DNA from: Spirochaetia bacterium | Lineage (GTDB): Bacteria > Spirochaetota > Spirochaetia > WTKD01 > G963693115 | Assembly: GCA_965226055.1 (NCBI GenBank) | Contig: CBDDCA010000005.1 | Coordinates: 608,001 to 672,000, forward strand | DNA: 64,000 nt | Direction: 5' to 3' | Shown: positions 11,320-20,554 of the stretch, in pieces | Layout: each line of letters begins with the position of its first letter | Numbering within the stretch: position 1 is the first letter of the stretch | The notes under the pieces: model-generated | Database searches by the model: none | What the model was told of the DNA's origin: nothing | The model's input: the letters and a program-made list of their open reading frames with translations, nothing else | Program-made: the position numbers and the translations under genes

Positions 11320-13092
11320 CTAATTTGCCCAGCTTGGCGGTGATGTTACTCCAGAGCCTTTAAACATATTACGTTTGTTTACACTGCTCCCAACATTCCA
11401 GCGTGATAAATCTTGAGTAAACTTTGTTGCCAACGAAAACATTGCTCTCATATTTGTTACTTTGCCAATGTTCCACCTTGATATATTTTGATTAAATACA
11501 GCTGCTTCAGCAAACATAGCTTCCATATTGGTCACTTTGCTTACATCCCAGCCTGATATATCTTGATTAAACGCAGAAGTGGTAAAAAACATCCCTGACA
11601 TATCAGTAACTGCACTTACTTTCCATGTCGATATATTGCCATTAAACGCTGTATGGGCAAACATATAGGACATACTCGTTACTTTACTCACATCCCACGC
11701 AGATAAATTTTGATTAAAAACACTTGCATTATTAAACATACTTCTCATATTTTTAACCTTCCTTACTTTCCACTTTGATATATTTTGATTAAACACAGAT
11801 GCTTCATTAAACATTTGTTCCATATTCTCAACATTACTCACATTCCATCCCGATATATCTTGATTAAACTTTGATGTACCATTAAACATCCTTTCCATAT
11901 TCGTAACTTTGCTTACATCCCAGCCCGATATATCTCCATTAAATGCATTCGCATAATTAAACATATAAGACATATCGGTAACATTACTCACATTCCATTT
12001 TGATATATCTCCATTAAAAGTCCTTTTAACTGCAAATAAAGTACTCATATTAGTGATAGCACTTGTATTTATATTATTTAAGTTTGCCTCATTTCCTTGC
12101 TTCTTTATTTCTGCTGCTACTGCTTTCTCTAACTCAGCTTTTGTTGTTGGACTGTGGTCGTATGATACTGATGATGCAGTAGCCCAACTTGGCGGTGAAG
12201 TCACTCCAGAATCTCTAAACATATTTTTTCTGTCTACACTCGAATGTACATTCCAGCTTGATAGATCTTGATTAAATTTTGCTGCAGAATCAAACATACT
12301 ACTCATATTTATTACTTTGCTAATTTTCCAACCAGATATATCTTTATTAAACACAGATGCCTTATAAAACATATTATACATTTTGGTAACATTATCCACC
12401 TTCCACCGTGATATATCACTATTAAATTTAGCGGCTGCATAAAACATACCTGCCATATTTGTTACTTTACTCACATCCCAGTCCGATAGATCTTGGTTAA
12501 ACACTATCGCATACTTAAACATAAAGGACATATTTTTTACTTTTCCTACTTTCCATTTCGATATATCTTGGTTAAAACTCCTTGCCACATCAAACATAAT
12601 ACTCATATTTGTCACTTTACTCACATCCCATTCCGATATATCACTATTAAATGCATGTGCTTGCTCAAACATACTCCCCATATTTTCAACATTGCTTACA
12701 TCCCACTTTGATAGATCCCCCTTAAATGCGTTCGCATTATAAAACATACGCTCCATATTTGTAACCTTGCCTACATTCCACTTTGATACATCCCCATTAA
12801 AAGTCTTTTTATTTGCAAACAAACTACTCATATCAGTGACAGCACTTGTATTTATATTATTGAGATTTGCTGTGTCTCCTTGCTTCTTTATTTCTGCTTC
12901 TACAGCTTTCTCTAACTCAGCTTTTGTTGTTGGACTGTAATCTATTTGTGGGTTATTATCAGGATTTGTTGGTAAGGACTCATCATTTGTTGACAATGCC
13001 TCACCACAATTTACGAAAGACAATATTATTATCATCACACTAATAAAAAAGAAAGCCTTTTTTATACCTTGAACATTAAAAAAAGAATACAT
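11320..13092 (-). CDS. DUF285 repeat surface lipoprotein, 2 capped modules (A-B)
   Basis: 590 aa; lipobox LSFVNC; module junction at 12182. Confidence 0.92.
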   Translation of the reverse strand: MYSFFNVQGIKKAFFFISVMIIILSFVNCGEALSTNDESLPTNPDNNPQIDYSPTTKAELEKAVEAEIKKQGDTANLNNINTSAVTDMSSLFANKKTFNGDVSKWNVGKVTNMERMFYNANAFKGDLSKWDVSNVENMGSMFEQAHAFNSDISEWDVSKVTNMSIMFDVARSFNQDISKWKVGKVKNMSFMFKYAIVFNQDLSDWDVSKVTNMAGMFYAAAKFNSDISRWKVDNVTKMYNMFYKASVFNKDISGWKISKVINMSSMFDSAAKFNQDLSSWNVHSSVDRKNMFRDSGVTSPPSWATASSVSYDHSPTTKAELEKAVAAEIKKQGNEANLNNINTSAITNMSTLFAVKRTFNGDISKWNVSNVTDMSYMFNYANAFNGDISGWDVSKVTNMERMFNGTSKFNQDISGWNVSNVENMEQMFNEASVFNQNISKWKVRKVKNMRSMFNNASVFNQNLSAWDVSKVTSMSYMFAHTAFNGNISTWKVSAVTDMSGMFFTTSAFNQDISGWDVSKVTNMEAMFAEAAVFNQNISRWNIGKVTNMRAMFSLATKFTQDLSRWNVGSSVNKRNMFKGSGVTSPPSWAN

Positions 13093-13285
13093 AGCATACT
13101 CCTTATAGTTATATTTATTATTACTATATAAACATATAGTACTATACCAATATCAGATTATACCAAAAAAAAAAAAAAAAAAAGCAAGTGTATTTACGAA
13201 TTCAAGCTCAAATTTAAGCATTAAATACAATAAAGAAGCAAAAAGGAGCAAGAACACATAAACGCATTGATTCTTGAATATATAC
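13093..13285 (-). repeat. Intergenic paralogous repeat, copy 2
   Basis: Homologous to 11141-11319 and 14276-14466. Confidence 0.8.
13157..13187 (-). promoter_or_regulatory. Putative phase-variable sigma70 promoter with a poly(T)19 tract filling the -35/-10 spacer
   Basis: Minus strand reads TTGC-T19-GG-TATAAT (A19 at 13165-13183 on +). With -35 = TTGCTT the spacer is 19 bp. Confidence 0.7.
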
Positions 13286-14275
13286 CTAATTTGCCCAACT
13301 TGGCGGTGATGTTACTCCCGATTTTTCGAACATCCTTCCTTTTTCTACCCCTGATTTAACATTCCAACGTGTTAAATCTTGAGTAAATTTTGTTGCCGAC
13401 AAAAACATTGCTCTCATATTTGTTACTTTGCCAATGTTCCACCTTGATATATTTTGATTAAATACAGCTGCTTCAGCAAACATAGCTTCCATATTGGTCA
13501 CTTTGCTTACATCCCAGCCTGATATATCTTGATTAAACGCAGAAGTAGTAAAAAACATCCCTGACATATCAGTAACTGCACTTACTTTCCATGTCGATAT
13601 ATTGCCATTAAACGCTGTATGGGCAAACATATAGGACATACCCGTTACTTTACTCACATCCCACGCAGATAAATTTTGATTAAAAACACTTGCATTATTA
13701 AACATACTCTTCATATTTTTAACCTTCCCTACTTTCCACTTTGATATATTTTGATTAAACACAGATGCTTCATTAAACATTTGTTGCATATTCTCAACAT
13801 TACTCACATTCCATCCCGATATATCTTGATTAAACTTTGATGTACCATTAAACATTCTTTCCATATTCGTAACTTTGCTTACATCCCAGCCCGATATATC
13901 TCCATTAAATGCATTCGCATAATTAAACATATAAGACATATCGGTAACATTACTCACATTCCATTTTGATATATCTCCATTAAAAGTCCTTTTAACTGCA
14001 AATAAAGTACTCATATTAGTGATAGCACTTGTATCTATATTATTTAAGTTTGCCTCATTTCCTTGCTTCTTTATTTCTGCTTCTACTGCTTTCTCTAAAT
14101 CAGCTTTTGTTTTTGGATTGTAATCTATTTGTGTATTGTTATCAGGATTTTTTGGCGAGGACTCATCATTTGTTGACAACGACTCATCACAATTTACGAA
14201 AGACAATATTATTATCATCACACTAATAAAAAAGAAAGCCTTTTTTATACCTTGAATATTAAAAAAAGAATACAT
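13286..14275 (-). CDS. DUF285 repeat surface lipoprotein, 1 module (B)
   Basis: 329 aa; lipobox LSFVNC. Most of it is near-identical to the C-terminal module of 11320-13092. Confidence 0.92.
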   Translation of the reverse strand: MYSFFNIQGIKKAFFFISVMIIILSFVNCDESLSTNDESSPKNPDNNTQIDYNPKTKADLEKAVEAEIKKQGNEANLNNIDTSAITNMSTLFAVKRTFNGDISKWNVSNVTDMSYMFNYANAFNGDISGWDVSKVTNMERMFNGTSKFNQDISGWNVSNVENMQQMFNEASVFNQNISKWKVGKVKNMKSMFNNASVFNQNLSAWDVSKVTGMSYMFAHTAFNGNISTWKVSAVTDMSGMFFTTSAFNQDISGWDVSKVTNMEAMFAEAAVFNQNISRWNIGKVTNMRAMFLSATKFTQDLTRWNVKSGVEKGRMFEKSGVTSPPSWAN

Positions 14276-14466
14276 AGTATACTCCTTATAGTTATATTTA
14301 TAAGTACTATATAAACATATAGTACTTATACCAATATCAAATTGTACATAGAAATAAAAAAAAATGCAAGTATATTCACGAGTTTAAGCTCAAATTTAAG
14401 CATTAAATACAATAAAGAAGCGAAAAGAAACAAGAATACATAAAAGAATGATTCTTGAATACATAC
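14276..14466 (-). repeat. Intergenic paralogous repeat, copy 3, containing promoter TTGCAT-17-TACAAT
   Basis: -10 at 14341-14346, -35 at 14364-14369, A9 run at 14356-14364. Confidence 0.8.
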
Positions 14467-15336
14467 CTAATTTGCCCAACTTGGCGGTGAAGTCACTCCA
14501 GAATTCTTAAATATATTTGCTTTCTTTACACTGCTTCCAACATTCCATGCTGCAAGATTTTGATTAAATTTTGTCGCAGCATTAAACATGCTACTCATAT
14601 CTGTTACTTTGCTCACGTTCCATCCCGATATATTGCTATTAAATACAGATGCTGTATCAAACATACTTATCATAATAGTCACCTTATCCACCTTCCATTT
14701 CGATATATCACTATTAAATACATGTGCATTATAAAACATCATATTCATATTGGTAACATTACTCACATCCCACTTTGATAGATCTTGATTAAACATTGTC
14801 GTATACTTAAACATAAAGGACATATCTTGTACATTTCCTACTTTCCATTTGGATATATCTTGGTTAAAACTTGTAGCAGCATCAAACATAACACCCATAT
14901 CTGTTACTTTACTTACATCCCAGTCCGATATATCACTATTAAATGCCCATGCTTGCTCAAACATTCTTTCCATAGTCGTAACTTTGCTTACATCCCACTT
15001 TGATAGATCTCCATTAAATTTTTCCGCCCGCATAAACATGCTTGACATATTTGTAACATTACTCACATTCCACAATGATACATCTCCATTAAAATCTTTT
15101 TTATTTGCAAACAGATCACTCATATCGGTGATGCCACTCGTATCTATACTATTTAGGTTTGCTGTGTTCCCTTGCTTCGTTATTTCTTCTTCTATAGCTT
15201 TCACTAGATCGGCTTTTGTTTGTGGGCTATGCCCCTCCAGTACTTCATTACAATTTACAAGAGACAATACAATGACTATCACACTAATAAAAAAGAAAGC
15301 CTTTTTTATACCTTGAACATTAAAAAAATGGTGCAT
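14467..15336 (-). CDS. DUF285 repeat surface lipoprotein, 1 module (A)
   Basis: 289 aa; lipobox LSLVNC; AAGGAG RBS. Confidence 0.92.
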   Translation of the reverse strand: MHHFFNVQGIKKAFFFISVIVIVLSLVNCNEVLEGHSPQTKADLVKAIEEEITKQGNTANLNSIDTSGITDMSDLFANKKDFNGDVSLWNVSNVTNMSSMFMRAEKFNGDLSKWDVSKVTTMERMFEQAWAFNSDISDWDVSKVTDMGVMFDAATSFNQDISKWKVGNVQDMSFMFKYTTMFNQDLSKWDVSNVTNMNMMFYNAHVFNSDISKWKVDKVTIMISMFDTASVFNSNISGWNVSKVTDMSSMFNAATKFNQNLAAWNVGSSVKKANIFKNSGVTSPPSWAN

Positions 15337-15408
15337 AATATACTCCTTTATTTTTTTATAAAATACCGTTTCTATTATACTACAAAAGACAATAATAGCA
15401 GTACCCCA

Positions 15409-16212
15409 TTAACCCCAACTTGGCGGTGATATTACTCCAGACTCTTGAAACATATCCTTTTTATATACACTTACTCCTATATTCCATTTTTCGAGGTTTT
15501 GATTAAATGCTCCTGCAGACTCAAACATATATCCCATATTTATCACTTTACTCACATCCCAACCCGATATATCTTGATTAAACACAACAGCAGACTCAAA
15601 CATACCATTCATCTCAGTAACATTACTTACATCCCAGCCTGATATATCTTGATTAAACTTCATAGCAGTGCTAAACATACCATTCATCTTAGTAACATTA
15701 CTCACATCCCAGCCCGATATGTCACTATTAAAGGCTACTGCTAAAAAAAACATTCCTGTCATATCTGTTACTTTGCTCACGTCCCAGCCCGATATATCAC
15801 TATTAAATACAGATGCTTCAGCAAACATATTTCTCATATTCGTAACATTACTCACATCCCAGCCTGATACATCTCCATTAAACACAGATGCTCCAGTAAA
15901 CATACTACTCATATCTGTTACATTACTCACATCCCAACCCGATATATCTCCATTAAAATCCCCCTTCTCTGCAAACAAATTACTCATATCGGTGATAGCA
16001 CTCGTATTTATGCTATTTAAGTTTGCTTCATTCCCTTGCTTCTTTATTTCTGCTTCAATAACCTTTACTAACTCAGCTTTCGTCTGTGGACTAAAATCAG
16101 TATGTTTTGACACTGCCTCATTGGACACACAATTTATAAAAAGTAATGAAATCATTATCATACAAATAAAAAAGAAAGCTCTTTGCTTCCCTTGAATAAA
16201 AAAATAATACAT
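15409..16212 (-). CDS. DUF285 repeat surface lipoprotein, 1 module
   Basis: Lipobox LLFINC. The RBS context aaggagaatactATG (same as at 8060) places the start at 16212, not 16332. Confidence 0.9.
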   Translation of the reverse strand: MYYFFIQGKQRAFFFICMIMISLLFINCVSNEAVSKHTDFSPQTKAELVKVIEAEIKKQGNEANLNSINTSAITDMSNLFAEKGDFNGDISGWDVSNVTDMSSMFTGASVFNGDVSGWDVSNVTNMRNMFAEASVFNSDISGWDVSKVTDMTGMFFLAVAFNSDISGWDVSNVTKMNGMFSTAMKFNQDISGWDVSNVTEMNGMFESAVVFNQDISGWDVSKVINMGYMFESAGAFNQNLEKWNIGVSVYKKDMFQESGVISPPSWG

Positions 16213-16357
16213 AGTATTCTCCTTAATGTTTAATACATAGAATATCGTCCTATTCTGAAGCCACTTAACACTATTTCCTACTGAAAATACATATACACTA
16301 TTGCCTATAGACTGTACTATAGTATATGACAATACACACTCCGTTTATTTTTGCTTA

Positions 16358-18013
16358 TCATTTTTTACTAAAGAGCATATCTGCCATAGCTTTAGCAGAG
16401 CAGGTCCGACTTGAGTAGGCACATATATAACATTTTGCGTTATGATACTGCATAAGCTCATATGCACTACGTAATCCTATAATCATAAGACTATCGTTAT
16501 AGTGTGCTACTAACTTTTGCACTAACGCTTGTTGTTCTTCCTTTGCAAAGTCTTCTCCCGGTAAGGGATAATCTTCGGTTACCGCAATAATAATATCGTA
16601 TGATACCATCTCATTGGAACGATGTACATTCTCATACGCATCCTCATACGATAGCACAGTGCTATGCGGACGATACTGTAAGAATGTTTCTGAAAATGTA
16701 TCAAACGCACTTTTTCTTTGATTAGGACCAATACCTCGCACATTTACACTATTACCATAACTCGTAAGAGGAGTACAGTTAAGCACAGCAATAGATCTCT
16801 CTTGCATATTATCTTGTAATACCGATACCAAAGCATTCTCATCTCGTATGATACGCACAGAAGAACGCGCAATACGTAACTCTTCTTTTTTATGAAGTGC
16901 AAACTGTTCTCCTTGTATATTACTTGTATCATATACTTTTGCTTTTTTTTCTTCTCTTGCCTGATGTAATTGCATTCGTTTCTGTATAACCCGACATACT
17001 TTTTCTTTTAATACATCTTTCGCTATTTTTCCATCTTTCACTGCTTTTACAATACTCTCTATAGCTTGTATCTGTCTTTCTAAATAAGCATCATCATGAT
17101 CATAATGTTCTTCCGAAAGCATGATAAGATTAGCTCCCGCTAAAAACGCTTGCAATGAGGCTTGATGAGGCTCATAATATTTTCGTATGGCTCCCATATT
17201 CATACTGTCTGTAATAACAAGTCCCTTAAAGTTCATTTTTTTACGCAACAAATCACTCAGTATTTTCTCCGATAAGGTAGCAGGAACATCTGCATCTAAC
17301 TGAGGAAAAAGCATATGAGCAGTCATTATCATATCAACTCCAGCATCAATAGCAGCTTGAAAAGGAAGTAATTCTTGTTGTAACAGTGTTTCCAGAGACT
17401 TATCTACCGTTGGTATATCCCTATGAGTATCAACATAGGTATCTCCATGACCGGGAAAATGCTTTGCGGTACTCAGGACACCCTGTGTATTGATAGCTTT
17501 TACTGCTGTAGCTACATGCTTTGCTACTACTATTGCTTTTTCTCCAAAAGAGCGTGTTCCTATAATAGGATTACGTGGATTAAGGTTAATGTCTGCACAA
17601 GGACCAAGAATGGCCTGATACCCAACCGCCCCCATCTCTTTTGCAAAGATACCATACATCATGGCAGTATGCTCTGTATTTTCTGTAAGGCCGAGTGCTA
17701 AATTTCCTGGACCTATAGTAGCTTCAGGAATAAGCGTTCCCCATGCACCCTCTTGATCAACACCAAGAATAAGAGGTAAGCGTATCTTTGTTTTTGCCAC
17801 TAACACATCTAAAGCCTGTGTCAGCTGTATTGCCTCAGCAAATGTTTCTGCGTTATCTTGACTAATATAACATCCAGCAACACCATATGTTTCAATAATC
17901 TCTGCTAATGTATGAGAATTTTTTCCTGGAAAGGCAAGTATAAATAACTGTCCTACCTGTTCTTCAATACTTAGTGTATCAAATAGACTTGCTACTTCTG
18001 TTTGTGTACTCAT
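16358..18013 (-). CDS. Glycoside hydrolase family 3, beta-N-acetylhexosaminidase-like
   Basis: GVDQEG, IGTRSFG, AKHFPGHGDTYVDTH (NagZ-type KHFPGHGxxxxD(S/T)H motif) and ITDSMNM nucleophile region. Start probably MSTQ at 18013. No signal peptide. Confidence 0.9.
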   Translation of the reverse strand: MSTQTEVASLFDTLSIEEQVGQLFILAFPGKNSHTLAEIIETYGVAGCYISQDNAETFAEAIQLTQALDVLVAKTKIRLPLILGVDQEGAWGTLIPEATIGPGNLALGLTENTEHTAMMYGIFAKEMGAVGYQAILGPCADINLNPRNPIIGTRSFGEKAIVVAKHVATAVKAINTQGVLSTAKHFPGHGDTYVDTHRDIPTVDKSLETLLQQELLPFQAAIDAGVDMIMTAHMLFPQLDADVPATLSEKILSDLLRKKMNFKGLVITDSMNMGAIRKYYEPHQASLQAFLAGANLIMLSEEHYDHDDAYLERQIQAIESIVKAVKDGKIAKDVLKEKVCRVIQKRMQLHQAREEKKAKVYDTSNIQGEQFALHKKEELRIARSSVRIIRDENALVSVLQDNMQERSIAVLNCTPLTSYGNSVNVRGIGPNQRKSAFDTFSETFLQYRPHSTVLSYEDAYENVHRSNEMVSYDIIIAVTEDYPLPGEDFAKEEQQALVQKLVAHYNDSLMIIGLRSAYELMQYHNAKCYICAYSSRTCSAKAMADMLFSKK

Positions 18014-18014
18014 G

Positions 18015-18989
18015 TTACCCCTTCTTTTCACTTTTCATCATAAAAATAACTGATGCAATAATAATAGAACCTCGCAATATAAGCTGATGATCAACAGATA
18101 GATCCATAAGTATCAATCCATTGTTTATCATTCCCATAATAAAAGCACCAATGACCGAGCCAAAAATACGCCCTTTTCCACCAAATAAACTTGTTCCTCC
18201 TATGATAACTGCAGCGATAACAATGAGAAGATCATTTTCTCCCAGAGTATAACGAGCTCCTTGCAAACGCCCTATATACAAAATTCCCGCAAAAGACGCT
18301 AAGGCAGCATTCAATACAAGCACAGTCATTTTAATATATTGTATATTTATACCAGAATACCGTGCCGCTGTCAGATTCCCCCCCGTTGCTAACACCTGTC
18401 GTCCAAAGACAGTCCTATGCAAAAGAAATACGCCTGATGCTGTTATCACTATCATCCATAGAAACAACACAGGAATACCAAATATATCTCCTGACCCAAA
18501 GAGATACACAAACACTTCATTATCTACTGGAATTGAACGAAGCTGTGTTATCCAACGAGCAATACCGAGAATAATACTAGAAGTACCTAAAGTTACAAGA
18601 AAACTAGGAATACCCACATATCCTACTAACACTCCATTCAAGATACCAGCAAGAATACCAATACACAACCCTGCCATAATCGATAAAAATACACTCCCAC
18701 TCCACCGCAACACCAAAGCTGCAGTAACCGCAGATAACGCTACTATCGACCCAAAAGAAAGATCTATTTCTGCAGCCGAAAGCACAAAGGTCATCCCTAC
18801 TGCCATGATCGATATCATAGCCACCTGACGTGCTATGTTCATAAGATTGCCAACACTAAGAAACCCTCTATTAAAAAGTGTGAGAGAAAAAAACAAAAAT
18901 ATAATAGCAAACACCATATAAATAATATACTGGCTCATGTCAATACGACTATGCAATGATTTTTGTCTTGATGTAGTATGCATATTCAC
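18015..18989 (-). CDS. Monosaccharide ABC transporter permease (RbsC-like)
   Basis: IDLSFGS, IPSFLVTLG, GGNLTAARYSGI, IAAVIIGGTSLFGGKG. Confidence 0.92.
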   Translation of the reverse strand: MNMHTTSRQKSLHSRIDMSQYIIYMVFAIIFLFFSLTLFNRGFLSVGNLMNIARQVAMISIMAVGMTFVLSAAEIDLSFGSIVALSAVTAALVLRWSGSVFLSIMAGLCIGILAGILNGVLVGYVGIPSFLVTLGTSSIILGIARWITQLRSIPVDNEVFVYLFGSGDIFGIPVLFLWMIVITASGVFLLHRTVFGRQVLATGGNLTAARYSGINIQYIKMTVLVLNAALASFAGILYIGRLQGARYTLGENDLLIVIAAVIIGGTSLFGGKGRIFGSVIGAFIMGMINNGLILMDLSVDHQLILRGSIIIASVIFMMKSEKKG

Positions 18990-19025
18990 TCGTAGTAATC
19001 TCCTTCCTCTATTATTGTATCTGTA

Positions 19026-20525
19026 TTATTGTACTTGAACAAGTAAATCAGATTCATGTAAAGAATCGTTACTAAGTTCTTTTGCAATAGTTCCTTTTTT
19101 TACTATATATGTTCTATCACAAAAATGTATAATTTCACTAAACTCCGAAGAAATAAAAAATACAATATTCCCTTTCTGAGCATAGTCTTTAATAATGTTC
19201 ATAATCTCTCTCTTTGCATGAATATCCACTCCAAATGTAGGATCGTCAAGCAAAAGTATTTTTGGAGCAACAGTAAGACATTTTCCTATTACCACTTTTT
19301 GTTGATTTCCTCCCGACAACAACCGCACTAACTGCCTTCTTCCTGTTGTTTTTATTTGCAAAGAAGAAATCATAGAATCAGCTATTTTTGCCCTTTTTTC
19401 CATATCAAGCATTCCTTGAACAGAAGATTTTTCTAAACTTGCTAAAGACATATTTTCTTCTATATCAAAATCCATCACTAAGCCCTGTGTTCTTCTTTCT
19501 TCTGGCACTAATATGATACCTTGTTTAATTGCATGCCTAGGAGTTTGCACTGATACTTTGCTTCCATGTATCCGTATATCCCCTGAAATTATAGGATCAA
19601 GTCCATACATAAGCTCAAATAATTCTGTACGTCCACTCCCCAACAAGCCTGCTATTCCAATAATTTCACCAGCATATGCTTTTAAGCTCATAGGACCTAC
19701 TTTTTTACTCAATACAGACTCAAGTTCTATATACGGATGTTCTTCTTGAACATTTTTTGACACAGATTTTGATACTGTTACTACCGATTCTTGTTCTCCT
19801 AACATATCTTTGACAATAGACTCCATAGTAGAATGCTCTGTAGCGGTAGTAGAAATGACCTTTCCATCTCTTAGTACGGTAACGCTGTCACATAATTGCA
19901 TGACATCTTCTAAGTAATGAGTAATATAAATAATAGCATGTCCTTGTACACGCAATCGTTCTATAGTTTCAAATAACCTTTTAATTTCAAAATCACTAAG
20001 AGAGGCTGTTGGTTCATCAAACACTATAATGTTCGGATTTCCTGCAATAGCCTTTGCAATTTCTACAAGCTGAGATTCTCCAGCACTGAGATCACTTACA
20101 TAGCTATCCAAAGATAAAGAAGAAATACCTACTTGCTCAAGTAATTCTTTTGCAACCTTTCTTGCTTTTTTGTCTTGTAATATTCCCCATAACTTGTAGG
20201 GATGATAGGACAGAAATATATTTTGTAATACAGTAAGACTAGGCACCAAGCTCAAATCTTGATACACCATAGCAACTTTTTCTTGAGATACAGTCTTACT
20301 TGCCCCTAGTGTTATTGGCTCTCCGTCAATAATGATACTTCCACTATCAGGAGTGTACACTCCAGTGAGAGCCTTCATAAAAGAAGATTTCCCTGCCCCA
20401 TTCTTTCCTACTATTGCATGTATTTCATTATGCTTAAGAAAAAATGAAGCATGGGATAATACAGTTACCGCACTGAAACTAATAGTTATATCTTTTAGTT
20501 CCAATGCATAAGGATTGTGCTTCAT
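19026..20525 (-). CDS. Monosaccharide ABC transporter ATP-binding protein (RbsA-like, two NBDs)
   Basis: GKNGAGKS, FDEPT, GLLGSGRTEL, LSGGNQQKV, LDDPTFGVD. Confidence 0.93.
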   Translation of the reverse strand: MKHNPYALELKDITISFSAVTVLSHASFFLKHNEIHAIVGKNGAGKSSFMKALTGVYTPDSGSIIIDGEPITLGASKTVSQEKVAMVYQDLSLVPSLTVLQNIFLSYHPYKLWGILQDKKARKVAKELLEQVGISSLSLDSYVSDLSAGESQLVEIAKAIAGNPNIIVFDEPTASLSDFEIKRLFETIERLRVQGHAIIYITHYLEDVMQLCDSVTVLRDGKVISTTATEHSTMESIVKDMLGEQESVVTVSKSVSKNVQEEHPYIELESVLSKKVGPMSLKAYAGEIIGIAGLLGSGRTELFELMYGLDPIISGDIRIHGSKVSVQTPRHAIKQGIILVPEERRTQGLVMDFDIEENMSLASLEKSSVQGMLDMEKRAKIADSMISSLQIKTTGRRQLVRLLSGGNQQKVVIGKCLTVAPKILLLDDPTFGVDIHAKREIMNIIKDYAQKGNIVFFISSEFSEIIHFCDRTYIVKKGTIAKELSNDSLHESDLLVQVQ

Positions 20526-20554
20526 AAAATAGCAGTACCCTACTCTTGCTTTAA

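Noticed and set aside
5094-16212. Periodic repeats as a CRISPR array or DGR template/variable region
   Set aside because: The 75-bp period is in-frame protein coding with no unique spacers. No cas or reverse transcriptase gene is in the window, and differences between copies are not restricted to adenines.
5094-16212. Shufflon/invertase-type switching
   Set aside because: All six genes are co-oriented, each has its own RBS and signal peptide, and no recombinase or inverted cassette is visible.
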